In this document: piece by piece, positions 22,960 to 32,000 of the stretch | Layout: each line of letters opens with the position of its first letter | How positions within the stretch are numbered: the first letter of the stretch is position 1 | Origin: Formosa sp. Hel1_33_131 | GTDB lineage: Bacteria > Bacteroidota > Bacteroidia > Flavobacteriales > Flavobacteriaceae | Length of the DNA: 32,000 bases | Direction of reading: 5' to 3' | Assembly (NCBI RefSeq): GCF_001735745.1 | Contig: NZ_CP017260.1 | Span: 660,001 to 692,000 of the forward strand | Notes under the pieces: generated by a model | The model's database searches: none | Told to the model about the DNA's origin: nothing | Seen by the model: the letters and a program-made list of their open reading frames with translations, nothing else | Made by a program: the position numbers and the translations under genes

Positions 22960-24744
22960 ATGAATAAACATATATACACAATCCTTGTTTTTTTTATTTC
23001 AGTAGCGATCCACTCACAGGAAACGGAAGAAAAAAGTAGGTTTGATGAAATTAGTGAACGTCTCAATGTTAGCATAGAGTCTAATGGGCAATGGTATTTG
23101 AATGATGAAAAGTTTGAAGATTTTGATGAAGAGGAAAGATTAAGGGCTAATAGTTATTTAAGAATCGATTATCAAATTTCAGATCGTTTTTCTAGTGGAT
23201 TTCAATTAGAAAGTTATGTTCCAGAACCTTTACTGAATTACAGTAAAATATTTGATAAAGAGATAGGCTTAGGAACCTTCTATCTAAATTACAGTACGAA
23301 AAAATTGGACATTACGCTTGGACATTATTATGTCCAGTTTGGAAGTGGACTTATTTTACGTACTTGGGAAGACCGCGCTCTGGGAGTCAATAATGCACTG
23401 AGAGGTGGGAAGATTGTTTATGACCCAACGAATTCCTTACGATTAACAGCACTTTATGGCAAACAACGAAAAGGATTTGACGTCTCGGACTCTGAAGTTT
23501 TTGGATTTGAGACTCAATTTGACATTGCGGATGCTTTTCAGCTAGAAAACCTTAACAGCCTCAAACTAGGACTAAGTTATGTAGGAAAACAAGAACGCTA
23601 TAATAAAGAGAGTCTTATTGGAGGTTCTCAACCCACAATTGAGATACCCGAACTTGTGAATGCATTTGGAGCGTATCTAGATTTAGAATACAAAAATTTA
23701 TACTCCAACTTTGAATATATATATAAAAGTAAAGATGCGCGTCTTAATAACGTGATTCCAAATATAGTATCATTTTCAGAAGAAGCCTTATTTGATGGGA
23801 ATGCAATTACATGGAATGCTGGCTATTCTCAAAAAGGTTTTGGAATTGGTTATACCTTTAGACGACTTGAAAATATGCGCTTCTTTTCCGAGAGAAGTGC
23901 TCTAAATCTTAACAACAATCCAACAACTCAGCTGAGTATGAACTACTTACCTGCATTGACCAAACAACATGATTATACACTTGCAAACATCTATATATAT
24001 CAAGCCCAACCAGGGTTAGTTATTGAAAATTATGGCACTCCATTAATCAAATCTGGGGAAATTGGACATTCCGTAGATGTGTTTTATAAAATAAAAAAAG
24101 GAACTCTTTTAGGAGGTAAATACGGTACAAAACTGAATGTAAATTGGTCTTATTGGGCAAATCTCACAACGAGTTATTCCGATCCTTCTGGAACACTTTA
24201 TTTTACTGGAGATGATTTAACTTATGAAACAGAACTATTGAATTTTGATGACAAGCTGTATTCAGAAATCAATGCAGAAATACGCAAGAAATGGTCTCCA
24301 AAATTAAAATCCATTTTCACCTATATAAACCTCAATTACAACAAAGGGTTTTTAGAATCTAAAGGAGCTGATGATTTTGTAAATGCTTGGATTGGAATTG
24401 CAGAAAGCACCTATAAATTTCAAGGAGGTAAATCCGTTCGATTGGAGTTACAACACCTTTCTACAAACGATGATGCCCGAAACTGGGCAGGAGGCACAAT
24501 AGAGTATTTTTTTAATTCAAAGTTTGGAATCTATTTAAATGATTCTTATAACTATGAGGAGAGTAAGATTACCGAAAACACTGAAATTCATTTCTTTAAT
24601 TTTGGAGGAAGTTTCACGAAAGGCTCCACCCGTGTGGGGATCAACTACGGACGGCAACGAGGGGGATTACTTTGCGTAGGTGGTGTCTGTAGACCGGTTA
24701 GTAAAAACACAGGGGTAACTCTTAATTTTGTGACTACTTTTTAA
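22960..24744 (+). CDS. Putative outer-membrane beta-barrel protein (DUF6029-like)
   Basis: 594 aa with a signal peptide. It is rich in alternating aromatic/polar beta-strand patterns and ends in an aromatic residue (VTTF). It has a C-terminal CVGGVC pair. The family assignment is from memory only. Confidence 0.5.
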   Translation: MNKHIYTILVFFISVAIHSQETEEKSRFDEISERLNVSIESNGQWYLNDEKFEDFDEEERLRANSYLRIDYQISDRFSSGFQLESYVPEPLLNYSKIFDKEIGLGTFYLNYSTKKLDITLGHYYVQFGSGLILRTWEDRALGVNNALRGGKIVYDPTNSLRLTALYGKQRKGFDVSDSEVFGFETQFDIADAFQLENLNSLKLGLSYVGKQERYNKESLIGGSQPTIEIPELVNAFGAYLDLEYKNLYSNFEYIYKSKDARLNNVIPNIVSFSEEALFDGNAITWNAGYSQKGFGIGYTFRRLENMRFFSERSALNLNNNPTTQLSMNYLPALTKQHDYTLANIYIYQAQPGLVIENYGTPLIKSGEIGHSVDVFYKIKKGTLLGGKYGTKLNVNWSYWANLTTSYSDPSGTLYFTGDDLTYETELLNFDDKLYSEINAEIRKKWSPKLKSIFTYINLNYNKGFLESKGADDFVNAWIGIAESTYKFQGGKSVRLELQHLSTNDDARNWAGGTIEYFFNSKFGIYLNDSYNYEESKITENTEIHFFNFGGSFTKGSTRVGINYGRQRGGLLCVGGVCRPVSKNTGVTLNFVTTF

Positions 24745-24746
24745 TC

Positions 24747-25376
24747 TTAACCTTTATACTTAAGTGGGAGATGCACTATTTTTTTAGTTTCAAAAAAATC
24801 TTCTTCAAAATAAGCATTTAAATCGTAGAGTGTGGCTTTGGCATAGAGCTTAAGCTCTTCGGTTAAATCGCCACCTTTAAGATACAGAATACCATTCTTA
24901 ATAGGGTGTACACTTTTTTTGGCAACTCTATTTTTGATCCAGCCTACAAAATCAGGCATGGTGGTGACGGCACGGCTAATGATAAAATCATACTGCCCTT
25001 GAATCGATTCGGCACGGGCATGAGTGGTGTAGATATTTTCAAGACCTAAACTTTCTGCAACGCCATTTACCACCTTTAACTTTTTATTGATACTGTCCAC
25101 CAAATGAAATTTAACATCTGGGAACAAGATTGCCAATGGTACTCCAGGAAATCCACCACCGGTACCAATGTCTAAAATTTTAGTGCCCGCTTTGAACTGG
25201 ATTAACTTAGCAATCGATAGAGAATGAAGGACATGACGCAGATACAAGGCTTCAATATCTTTCCTTGAGATAACATTAATTTGTGAATTCCAATCTTCAT
25301 AAAGCCCTTGCAATGCTTCAAACTGCTTGAGTTGAATATCGGAGAGATTGGGGAAATATTTCTGAATTAAAAGCAT
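24747..25376 (-). CDS. rsmG: 16S rRNA (guanine527-N7)-methyltransferase
   Basis: 209 aa from the ATG at 25376 (MLLIQKYFPNLS...). The track's 25397 start is a TTG. It has the SAM motif DIGTGGGFPGVPLAI and RsmG-typical RAV/ARA blocks. Confidence 0.9.
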   Translation of the reverse strand: MLLIQKYFPNLSDIQLKQFEALQGLYEDWNSQINVISRKDIEALYLRHVLHSLSIAKLIQFKAGTKILDIGTGGGFPGVPLAILFPDVKFHLVDSINKKLKVVNGVAESLGLENIYTTHARAESIQGQYDFIISRAVTTMPDFVGWIKNRVAKKSVHPIKNGILYLKGGDLTEELKLYAKATLYDLNAYFEEDFFETKKIVHLPLKYKG

Positions 25377-25499
25377 GACTTGGTATATTTTCAGCAAAAA
25401 TAGCCATTAATCTGTTAAATATTGTAAAACCTCACGTTCTAAACTTTTTTATTATTTATATTTGAAAAATATTTTCATCAGAGACAACAAATACAACTC

Positions 25500-26600
25500 A
25501 TGACAAAATCAACAATCACATTTTCAAGAACAGATTCTGCTAAGTTTTTTAAGACTTTGAACAGTAGAGTCAATAATTATTTTAAAGAAAATAAAATTAA
25601 TCGCTCAGGCAATTGGAAACTTTGGATTAAAACGATCGTTATGTTTTCGATTTTTTTAGTGCCTTATTTTTTGATACTTACAATCGATATGCCGGGATGG
25701 TTACAAATCTTGTTTACGGTTGTGATGGGCGTTGGCATGGCTGGCGTTGGCATGAATGTGATGCATGATGGGAATCATGGTTCGTTTTCAAATAAATCAT
25801 GGATTAACAACATTATGGGAGGTAGTATTTATATCCTTGCAGGAAATGTTTACAATTGGAAAGTGCAACACAATGTACTGCACCATACTTATACCAACAT
25901 TCCTGGACATGACGAAGATTTAGATGCGGGTCGTGTACTGCGATTTACCAAAAGCACCGAGTGGAAACGCCACCATAAATTTCAACATATTTACTCTGTT
26001 TTGCTCTACGGTTTATTAACCATCAACTGGGCAATCACCACTGATTTTTTACAGATGAAACGCTATATGAAACGCAAACTTTCTTATGGTAAATTTCCAA
26101 ACCCATTCTTAAACTGGAGTACCTTAGTGGTTTCTAAAGTGATTTATTTAAGTTTATGGATTGTACTTCCAATGCTGATTTTAGACATGGCTTGGTACAA
26201 GGTTTTATTAGGATTCTTCGTCATGCATTACACGGCTGGACTGATTCTTAGTATGGTTTTCCAACTGGCACATATTATGGACGAGGCAGAAATGCCAATG
26301 CCAGAAACGAATGGTACAATGAAAAACACTTGGGCGATTCATCAGCTAAAAACGACAGTGAATTTTTCACCAAAAAACAAATTGGTAAACTGGTTTACAG
26401 GCGGATTAAATCACCAAGTTGAGCACCATATTTTTCCAAATATCTCACATGTTCATTATGGTAAAATCGCTGAAATTGTAAAGAAAACAGCAAAAGAATT
26501 TAATTTACCCTACAACGAGTTTGAAACAACTAGAAAAGCAATCATAGCTCATTTTAAATATTTAAAAGAAATGGGTGTAAAACCCGTATTACAAGCATAA
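25500..26600 (+). CDS. Membrane fatty-acid desaturase (front-end, Delta6-like histidine-box pattern)
   Basis: 366 aa with TM helices and three His boxes: HDGNH, HNVLHH and QVEHH. The Q in the third box is typical of front-end desaturases. There is no cytochrome b5 domain. Confidence 0.8.
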   Translation: MTKSTITFSRTDSAKFFKTLNSRVNNYFKENKINRSGNWKLWIKTIVMFSIFLVPYFLILTIDMPGWLQILFTVVMGVGMAGVGMNVMHDGNHGSFSNKSWINNIMGGSIYILAGNVYNWKVQHNVLHHTYTNIPGHDEDLDAGRVLRFTKSTEWKRHHKFQHIYSVLLYGLLTINWAITTDFLQMKRYMKRKLSYGKFPNPFLNWSTLVVSKVIYLSLWIVLPMLILDMAWYKVLLGFFVMHYTAGLILSMVFQLAHIMDEAEMPMPETNGTMKNTWAIHQLKTTVNFSPKNKLVNWFTGGLNHQVEHHIFPNISHVHYGKIAEIVKKTAKEFNLPYNEFETTRKAIIAHFKYLKEMGVKPVLQA

Positions 26601-26610
26601 TAGAATCACA

Positions 26611-27798
26611 ATGAACCAATTACTTTCTGAAAGAATTTTAAACATGGCCACGTCTGCGACCCTAGCGATGGCGGCCAAAGCAAGAGAACTAAAAGCCGAA
26701 GGCAAAGACATTATAGGATTAAGTTTGGGAGAACCCGACTTTAATACGCCAGAATTCATTAAAGACGCTGCCAAAACAGCGATTGATGAAGACTATAACT
26801 CCTACACGCCTGTAGATGGATATGCGGAATTGAAGCAAGCCATTATCACCAAGTTCAAGCGTGACAATAATATTAGTTACCAACCTTCTCAAATCGTGGT
26901 TTCAACGGGGGCAAAACAATGTTTGGCCAATGTAGCATTGGTCATGCTCAACGAAGGAGACGAGGTGATTTTACCCTGCCCTTACTGGGTAAGCTATGCG
27001 GATATCGTGAAATTATCCGATGGGGTGCCCGTAGAAGTTGTAACCTCTATTGAGAACGACTTTAAAATGACACCTCAACAATTAGAAGCTGCCATTACGC
27101 CAAAAACAAAAATGATTTGGTTTAGTTCCCCTTGCAATCCTAGTGGATCTGTTTACAGCAAATCTGAATTGCGAGCACTGGCAGATGTGTTGAAAAATTA
27201 TCCAAATATTTACATCGTTTCAGATGAAATATATGAGCATATCAATTTTGTTGGAGGCCATGCAAGTATGGCTGAATTTGAAGATATGTACGACAGAACT
27301 ATTACCATTAACGGGGTTTCAAAAGCCTTTGCAATGACGGGATGGCGTATTGGATTTCTTGGAGCTCCAGAAGCAATTGCACGTGCGTGTAACAAAATGC
27401 AAGGACAAATTACAAGTGGTGCCAATTGTATTGCACAACGTGCCGTAATTACGGCCTTAGAAGCATCGCCTACGAAAGTTCAGTATATGATTGACGAATT
27501 TAAAGTACGTCGTGATTTAATTCTTGGATTATTAAAAGATATTGATGGGTTTACATGCAACACACCAGAAGGTGCTTTTTATGTATTTCCAGATGTAACT
27601 GCCTTTTTTGGTAAAACATTTAATGGTACGCTTATTAAAAATGCCACTGACTTTTCATTGTATTTATTAGAAGCTGCCTTGGTTGCGACCGTCACAGGAG
27701 ATGCATTTGGAAACCCAAACTGTATCCGTATTTCGTATGCTGCGTCTCAAGATCAAATTATTGAAGCGGTCAATCGTATTAAAAAAGCAGTGAGCTAA
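26611..27798 (+). CDS. PLP-dependent aspartate aminotransferase (class I)
   Basis: 395 aa. The PLP lysine lies in NGVSKAFAMTGWRIG, and SPCNPSG and Y..Y blocks are present. The length is typical of the AspB/AspC type. Confidence 0.88.
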   Translation: MNQLLSERILNMATSATLAMAAKARELKAEGKDIIGLSLGEPDFNTPEFIKDAAKTAIDEDYNSYTPVDGYAELKQAIITKFKRDNNISYQPSQIVVSTGAKQCLANVALVMLNEGDEVILPCPYWVSYADIVKLSDGVPVEVVTSIENDFKMTPQQLEAAITPKTKMIWFSSPCNPSGSVYSKSELRALADVLKNYPNIYIVSDEIYEHINFVGGHASMAEFEDMYDRTITINGVSKAFAMTGWRIGFLGAPEAIARACNKMQGQITSGANCIAQRAVITALEASPTKVQYMIDEFKVRRDLILGLLKDIDGFTCNTPEGAFYVFPDVTAFFGKTFNGTLIKNATDFSLYLLEAALVATVTGDAFGNPNCIRISYAASQDQIIEAVNRIKKAVS

Positions 27799-27925
27799 AT
27801 TTATTATTGAGTTAAGGATTAAATCGCTGCTATTTTATTGTTGATATACTAATTTGGACATTACCTTTTTTACTGACCTAGCCATACCGTGATCCGATAC
27901 GTCCATCATCGTTACCTATTGTATA

Positions 27926-27951
27926 GATTCTGAATCAAGTTCAGAATGACA
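27926..27951. repeat. Short palindromic intergenic repeat, third copy of the TTCAGAATGACA family
   Basis: GATTCTGAA-TCAAG-TTCAGAATGACA, a 7-bp stem with a 5-nt loop. It lies between the convergent aminotransferase and trkH genes. It has the same AGATTCTGAA-N5-TTCAGAATGACA architecture as 10937-10963. Confidence 0.6.
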
Positions 27952-27965
27952 AGGTGGTGTTAGTT

Positions 27966-29462
27966 TTATCTGTTTCTCCAGAAGAAAGGGGTGAATAGAA
28001 TAAGGACTGTAAATAATTCCAATCGACCTATAAGCATTAAGAAAGCAGCCCACCATTTTCCAGCAGCAGGCATTTCAAAAAAGTTATGAGATGGGCCAAA
28101 CTCTCCGAGAGCGGGTCCAACGTTCCCTAAACTGGAGGCAGCAACACCAATAGCGGATTGAAAGTCGAGACCCAAAAGCGCAAACCCTAAAGATCCCACA
28201 ATAAAGGATAACATATAGAGTATAAAAAACCCAAGCACATTAAACACGATTTCTCCTGAAACAGATTTGTTATTGTAGCGAACAGGCAAAATTGCACTTG
28301 GATGCAGAGAGCGTTTAAACTCTAAAAAACCATTTTTCAGAAGAATAAGGTGTCGAACTAATTTTACCCCCCCAGAAGTACTTCCGGCGGAACCTCCTAA
28401 AAACATCAAACCAAAGAAGAATACAAGCAAAAACGGTGCCCATAAGGTGTAATCTGCTGTTACAAATCCCGTAGTGGTGACAATCGCTACCACTTGAAAA
28501 AGTGCGTGTCTAAAAGAGCCTTCACCAATGCCCCAAACCATGGGATGGTCGAATACTGAAGTGCTATCTAAGAAAGAATTGTAATAAATAATTCCACCAA
28601 CAATTAGTGTGAAAATTACTATAAATTTAAAATATAATTTGAATTCTTCGTCCCTTACAACTTTGCTTACATTTCCTTTGAATGCGAAATAACTCAGCAC
28701 GAAATTGGTTCCCGCCAAAAACATGAATAGGATAATGATATACTGTATCATCGGCGAATCATTCCAATACGCCATACTTGCATTTTTGGTTGAAAACCCT
28801 CCTGTAGAGAGCGTACTCATAGAATGGTTAAGCGCATCAAAAAAGGACATGCCTGCTAGCGACAGAAACAAGGTTTCGGCGGCTGTATATCCAAAATAAA
28901 TAAGCCACAATCGTTTGGCAGTATCCGTGATTCTAGGGTGCAATTTATCGGCACTCGGCCCAGGAGCTTCTGCTGCAAAAAGCTGCATCCCTCCGATTCC
29001 TAAAAGTGGTAAAATTGCAATGGCTAATACAATAATTCCCATCCCCCCGATCCAATGGGTTAAACTTCTCCAGAACAACACGCCTTTTGGAAGTGATTCT
29101 ATATCATTTAATATGGTAGAACCCGTAGTGGTATACCCCGAAATCGTTTCGAAAATAGCATTTGTGAAATCTGGAATTGCGCCTGTAAACAGGTATGGAA
29201 GTGTTCCGGACAAGGTCATCACAATCCATCCGAAAGCGACTACCAAATACCCCTCACGTTTGTTCATTTCTTTGGTGTGATTCTTAGTACAAAGCATGGA
29301 TAATACTCCAAACAGCAACACAGAAATACCTGCTAGAAATAAATTAAAAGTTGCACCATCTTTGTAACAAAAACTTAAGAGCGCTGCTAACAACATAAAG
29401 CCACCATTGAACAATAACAAGAGTCCAAAGAAGTGAAATATAATTTTATAATTGAGTTTCAT
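27966..29462 (-). CDS. trkH: TrkH-family potassium uptake membrane protein
   Basis: 498 aa polytopic protein. It has repeated selectivity-filter-like GxTTTG/STGGF/TTTGF motifs (SGYTTTGST, LSTGGFS, VTTTGFV) and lies downstream of trkA. Confidence 0.9.
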   Translation of the reverse strand: MKLNYKIIFHFFGLLLLFNGGFMLLAALLSFCYKDGATFNLFLAGISVLLFGVLSMLCTKNHTKEMNKREGYLVVAFGWIVMTLSGTLPYLFTGAIPDFTNAIFETISGYTTTGSTILNDIESLPKGVLFWRSLTHWIGGMGIIVLAIAILPLLGIGGMQLFAAEAPGPSADKLHPRITDTAKRLWLIYFGYTAAETLFLSLAGMSFFDALNHSMSTLSTGGFSTKNASMAYWNDSPMIQYIIILFMFLAGTNFVLSYFAFKGNVSKVVRDEEFKLYFKFIVIFTLIVGGIIYYNSFLDSTSVFDHPMVWGIGEGSFRHALFQVVAIVTTTGFVTADYTLWAPFLLVFFFGLMFLGGSAGSTSGGVKLVRHLILLKNGFLEFKRSLHPSAILPVRYNNKSVSGEIVFNVLGFFILYMLSFIVGSLGFALLGLDFQSAIGVAASSLGNVGPALGEFGPSHNFFEMPAAGKWWAAFLMLIGRLELFTVLILFTPFFWRNR

Positions 29463-29471
29463 CAGTGCAGG

Positions 29472-30818
29472 TTAATAAAAGTAACTCTCTATTTTTTTAA
29501 TAGACTGAGGCAAGCAACAGACCACAACGCGGTCGCCAGAAACGATTTTGAAATCTCCTAAGGCGATAAACCCTTCTTCATTTCGGATCACGCCACCAAT
29601 AATAGCGGATAAAGGAAATTCGATTTCTTTAATATATTTATCACATATTTTTGACGTTGGATTCACAACAAATTCGAGCAGCTCGGCTTCCATATTGCTC
29701 AATTTGGTCATCGCAACCACTTCGCCCCGACGGATATATCTAAAAATACTATTCGCTGCAAGGAGTTTTTTATTAATCAAGGTATCGACTCCAATAGAGT
29801 GCGAAAGCTCATAATAGTCCATATTCTCAACCAATGCAATGGTTTTTTTGATGCCCTTAGATTTGGCAACCAAACACGACATGATATTGGTCTCAGAATT
29901 TCCAGTCACGGAAATAAAAGCATCCATATCTTTAATGTTTTCTTCCTCTAAAAGCGCAACATTGCGTCCATCGCCATTAATCACTAAGGTATTTGGAAGC
30001 TGTTCCGCCAAATCAAAAGCCCTGTCTTTTAGTTTTTCAACGAGTTTAATATTGAAATTTTTAGAGAGATCACAAGCCGTTTTAAAGCCAATCTTACCCC
30101 CTCCTAAAATCATTATATCTTTAATTTCTGTTTTTTTCTTTCCTGTCAGTTTACACAACTCTTCATCTCCTCCTTTTGAGGTGATAAAAACAACACGATC
30201 TCCATCCTTAAAAACAGTATCTCCTCTAGGAATAATAGTTGAATGAGATCCAAATCGCTGAATGGCGATGGGTATAAAATGGATATCTGAAAGCAATTGT
30301 GCTGCAACCTTAACTGATTTATTTATGATTTTGGCATCTTTTGAAAGAGACAACCCAAGCATGGTCAAAGCCCCTTTTTCAAACTCATAGGTGTCATTAA
30401 ACACAGACTGACTTAACAATAACTCAATTTCAGCAGCTGCGAGAGATTCAGGAGAAATAAGCTCGTCAATACCAAATTTGGTAAAACCAACCTCATCCTT
30501 ATGGTTTATAAATTCTGGATTCGAAATTCGTGCAATGGTCCGTTTGGCACCCAACTGTTTTGCCAATACACAAGCTGTGATATTAGACGTTTCGGAAGAA
30601 GTTACGGATATAAATAAATCTGAATTTAGAATTCGAGCATCTTTCAATACAGAAATTGAAGTTGCATCGCCTTTAATTACTTTTATATCCAAATGAGTGT
30701 CTGCATAAGCGAGACTGTCTTTATTCAGATCTATAAGCGTGATTTCTTGTGATTCGTAAGATAAAAGCTTCGCTAAATGAAACCCGACTTCACCTGCGCC
30801 GGCTATAATAATTTTCAT
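29472..30818 (-). CDS. trkA: Trk system potassium uptake protein TrkA (tandem RCK/NAD-binding domains)
   Basis: 448 aa with two Rossmann motifs (IIIAGAGEVG and IMILGGGKIG) and TrkA-C domains. Confidence 0.92.
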   Translation of the reverse strand: MKIIIAGAGEVGFHLAKLLSYESQEITLIDLNKDSLAYADTHLDIKVIKGDATSISVLKDARILNSDLFISVTSSETSNITACVLAKQLGAKRTIARISNPEFINHKDEVGFTKFGIDELISPESLAAAEIELLLSQSVFNDTYEFEKGALTMLGLSLSKDAKIINKSVKVAAQLLSDIHFIPIAIQRFGSHSTIIPRGDTVFKDGDRVVFITSKGGDEELCKLTGKKKTEIKDIMILGGGKIGFKTACDLSKNFNIKLVEKLKDRAFDLAEQLPNTLVINGDGRNVALLEEENIKDMDAFISVTGNSETNIMSCLVAKSKGIKKTIALVENMDYYELSHSIGVDTLINKKLLAANSIFRYIRRGEVVAMTKLSNMEAELLEFVVNPTSKICDKYIKEIEFPLSAIIGGVIRNEEGFIALGDFKIVSGDRVVVCCLPQSIKKIESYFY

Positions 30819-30921
30819 TAATTATCAATTAAAAAGATGCGCAAATATACGTTATTTTTAGGGATTTGTTTATGAATTGTATTTCTTTGCAGTGAAATTA
30901 TTAAGAAAGGTCTCACCACAT

Positions 30922-31653
30922 ATGTCTGAAAAAATTACTCCTTATAAAGATAGCGCACTTGGCAAAAAACAGCAAATCGCTAAAATGTTTGACACAATTT
31001 CTAACGAATATGATGGCTTAAATAGGGTCATCTCTTTTGGAATTGATATTAAATGGCGAAATAAAGTGGTTCAACTTGTTGCTGAAACCCAGCCAAAAAA
31101 TATTCTTGATATTGCAACGGGCACAGGGGATTTAGCGATTAATTTAACCAGAACAAATGCAACTCAAATTATCGGGTTGGATATTAGTGAAGGCATGCTA
31201 GACGTGGGTCGAAAAAAAATATTAAACAAAAAACTTCATAAAACCATTGATATGGTGGTTGGCGATTCTGAAAATCTACCTTTTGACGACAGCTCTTTTG
31301 ACGCCATTACTGTTGCCTTTGGTGTTCGGAATTTTGAAAACTTAGAAATTGGATTGGCTGAAATTTTGAGGGTTTTGAAACCTGGTGGCATCTTTGTAGT
31401 TTTAGAAACATCCGTTCCTACAAAGTTTCCTTTTAAACAAGGCTACTATTTGCATTCAAACGTTTTGTTGCCACTTGTTGGGAAACTTTTTTCTAAGGAC
31501 AAATCGGCCTATACTTACTTGAGTAAATCAGCTTCTAAATTTCCTTATGGAACTGCTTTTAACAATATTTTGAAGAAAACAGGGTTTATAAACTCGAAAG
31601 CCCTCCCACAAACATTTGGAGTTGCTACCATTTATACTGCAACAAAACAATAA
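30922..31653 (+). CDS. ubiE: Demethylmenaquinone / ubiquinone-menaquinone biosynthesis C-methyltransferase
   Basis: 243 aa from the ATG at 30922 (MSEKITPYK...). The track's 30877 start is a TTG. UbiE/MenG blocks are present: MFDTISNEYDGLNRVISFGID..WR, LDIATGTGD, VAFGVRNF, LKPGG. Confidence 0.9.
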   Translation: MSEKITPYKDSALGKKQQIAKMFDTISNEYDGLNRVISFGIDIKWRNKVVQLVAETQPKNILDIATGTGDLAINLTRTNATQIIGLDISEGMLDVGRKKILNKKLHKTIDMVVGDSENLPFDDSSFDAITVAFGVRNFENLEIGLAEILRVLKPGGIFVVLETSVPTKFPFKQGYYLHSNVLLPLVGKLFSKDKSAYTYLSKSASKFPYGTAFNNILKKTGFINSKALPQTFGVATIYTATKQ

Positions 31654-31655
31654 GC

Positions 31656-32000
31656 ATGAAGCACGTTTTATCACTCTTCTTTATTTTATGTTCAATTCAA
31701 TTTGCAAACGCTCAACTTTTTAGTAAAGAACGTGTTCTGAATAACGAGAATTTTGACAAAGCCCGCTTGTCTTATGGTTACTATTTAGGGTTTAATGTGT
31801 ATGATTATAATTTTGATTACCACACAGATGTCAAAGATATTCAAGTGCTTAAATCGACAGGATTTAATGTGGGACTTGTTGGAAACGTCCGAATCAATGA
31901 TTATATCGACATTCGACTTGAACCGGGATTGGTGATTTCGAGGCGCGAATTAAACTACAGCCAAACCTATTTTACTGGGATTGCATTCGAAGATAAAGAC
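31656..32000 (+). CDS. PorT-family outer-membrane beta-barrel protein (T9SS-associated), 5' part running off the right edge
   Basis: Hand translation from the ATG at 31656: MKHVLSLFFILCSIQFANAQ... (signal peptide), then SYGYYLGFNVYDYNF...GFNVGLVGNVRINDYIDIRLEPGL. The gene sits immediately after ubiE. The family call is from memory. Confidence 0.55.
   Translation, partial: MKHVLSLFFILCSIQFANAQLFSKERVLNNENFDKARLSYGYYLGFNVYDYNFDYHTDVKDIQVLKSTGFNVGLVGNVRINDYIDIRLEPGLVISRRELNYSQTYFTGIAFEDKD

Noticed and set aside
28705-30696. Plus-strand ORFs of 64-135 aa opposite trkH and trkA (28705-28899, 28915-29280, 29548-29814, 29839-30246, 30478-30696)
   Set aside because: They are antisense shadows of two long, motif-rich trk genes with no independent support.
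1-32000. Search by eye for tRNA/rRNA genes, CRISPR arrays, IS elements, integrases, and prophage or defence-system genes
   Set aside because: None was found. The intergenic gaps are short, apart from 9012-9481 (AT-rich, no cloverleaf or T-loop signature), 20658-20874 and 27799-27965 (palindromic repeats only). No ORF shows transposase, recombinase, nuclease-helicase or toxin-antitoxin hallmarks.

Overview
This window looks like a low-GC Bacteroidota (Flavobacteriia-like) chromosomal segment. That assignment rests on gene content (nqrABCDEF plus apbE, T9SS-family genes), TAnnTTTG-type -7 boxes and the absence of Shine-Dalgarno spacing. Most of the window is housekeeping. It encodes gpmI, map, a DUF3050-like protein, a methyltransferase, the complete Na+-NQR operon with apbE, apaG, pruA, rsmG, a fatty-acid desaturase, an aspartate aminotransferase, trkH/trkA, ubiE and a truncated porT-like gene. 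The stand-out is a roughly 4.4 kb, visibly AT-richer, single-strand operon at 4725-9110 (minus strand), wedged between the methyltransferase and apbE. It encodes a 61-aa precursor with a textbook double-glycine leader (MKTLKLNQMENLQGG) and a Gly/Ala-rich 46-aa core with a Cys near each end. Downstream is a 55-aa two-helix ORF absent from the supplied track (candidate immunity protein), then a 222-aa multipass membrane protein. These are followed by a membrane-anchored thioredoxin-fold CxxC protein, a C39-peptidase ABC exporter (PCAT) and a 171-aa membrane protein rich in homopolymer tracts. I read this as a class-II, bacteroidetocin-like peptide toxin system. It has no modification enzymes, no periplasmic adaptor or outer-membrane channel, and no regulator. 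Secondary observations are a short palindromic intergenic repeat family (core TTCAGAATGACA) at three sites, an orphan ORF inside the nqr-apbE cluster, and a divergent cluster of thioredoxin-fold genes with a putative outer-membrane barrel. I saw no rRNA, tRNA, CRISPR array, transposase or integrase.
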